A DNA stretch of 26,078 nt from positions 1 through 26,078 of IMG/VR virus record IMGVR_UViG_3300044723_005008; one strand, given 5' to 3'. Both the position numbers and the translations under genes were made by a program. This document shows positions 25,858-26,078 of the stretch, piece after piece. Origin of the DNA: a virus. Its lineage: Duplodnaviria; Caudoviricetes. The notes below the pieces were generated by a model. That model saw nothing but the letters and a program-made list of their open reading frames with translations. It made no database searches and was not told where the DNA came from. Numbering within the stretch: position 1 is the stretch's first letter; the number at the start of each line of letters is the position of its first letter.

Positions 25858-26030
25858 TGGAAGTATTTACAGTTAAAGAATGGGAAGATAATTTCGACTC
25901 TCTATTTGAGAGGGTCGAAAATGGAGAAACAATAGGTATTGTAAATGAAGATGGCACTGCTGCCGTTATGATGCCCGCAGATGATGAACTTGTCCGAATA
26001 TACACGGAAAATAACAACGAAGCATCGTAG
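25857..26030 (+). CDS. Small acidic Phd/YefM-like protein (57 aa)
   Basis: Manual translation gives MEVFTVKEWEDNFDSLFERVENGETIGIVNEDGTAAVMMPADDELVRIYTENNNEAS*. It has a strong SD GGGGAGG and a TGATG overlap. Absent from the ORF track. Confidence 0.75.
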   Translation: MEVFTVKEWEDNFDSLFERVENGETIGIVNEDGTAAVMMPADDELVRIYTENNNEAS

Positions 26031-26040
26031 TTCATCATCT

Positions 26041-26078
26041 GGGAAGTGAGACTTGGTAGTCAGAGAGGTCTTATAAAC
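26041..26078 (+). tRNA. 5' part of a tRNA-like gene, anticodon TAT (Ile), truncated by the window edge
   Basis: D-like hairpin GACT-TGGT-AGTC; anticodon loop CT-TAT-AA (26070-26076) closed by GT/AC. The T arm and 3' acceptor strand lie outside the window. Confidence 0.55.

Noticed and set aside
25799-26038. 79-aa minus-strand ORF
   Set aside because: It is antisense to the better-supported 25857-26030 ORF, which has an SD, a coupled start and an upstream promoter.

Overview
A 26 kb segment of a T4-like cyanophage (Synechococcus/Prochlorococcus-type myovirus) genome. The assignment rests on T4 core-gene motifs, phoH, thyX, a DUF1825-like gene and the gene order. Left part (+): thyX, small hypothetical genes, phoH, a PD-(D/E)XK exonuclease, gp33, gp59, a DUF1825-like gene and gp32, ending at an intrinsic terminator. 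A minus-strand block follows (gp4, gp2-like, gp48, gp53). Then comes a long + strand tail/baseplate operon: gp54-like, gp26, gp51, two tape-measure-like proteins, a gp27-like hub, gp5, a spike-like protein, two large virion proteins, a collagen tail fibre and its chaperone. The window ends with a consensus sigma70 promoter, two small acidic ORFs and the 5' half of a tRNA-like gene. The main findings are: (1) a complete -1 frameshift signal that would fuse gp26 to gp51 just upstream of the tape-measure-like genes, like lambda G/GT; (2) an apparently circularly permuted M23 peptidase paired with a tail lysozyme; (3) nested phycobiliprotein-like helical repeats in a virion protein; (4) an orphan acidic Phd/YefM-like protein; (5) an atypical UAU-anticodon tRNA; (6) an uncalled 24-aa membrane peptide coupled to gp32. 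All family assignments come from recognising motifs by eye; no database searches were run.
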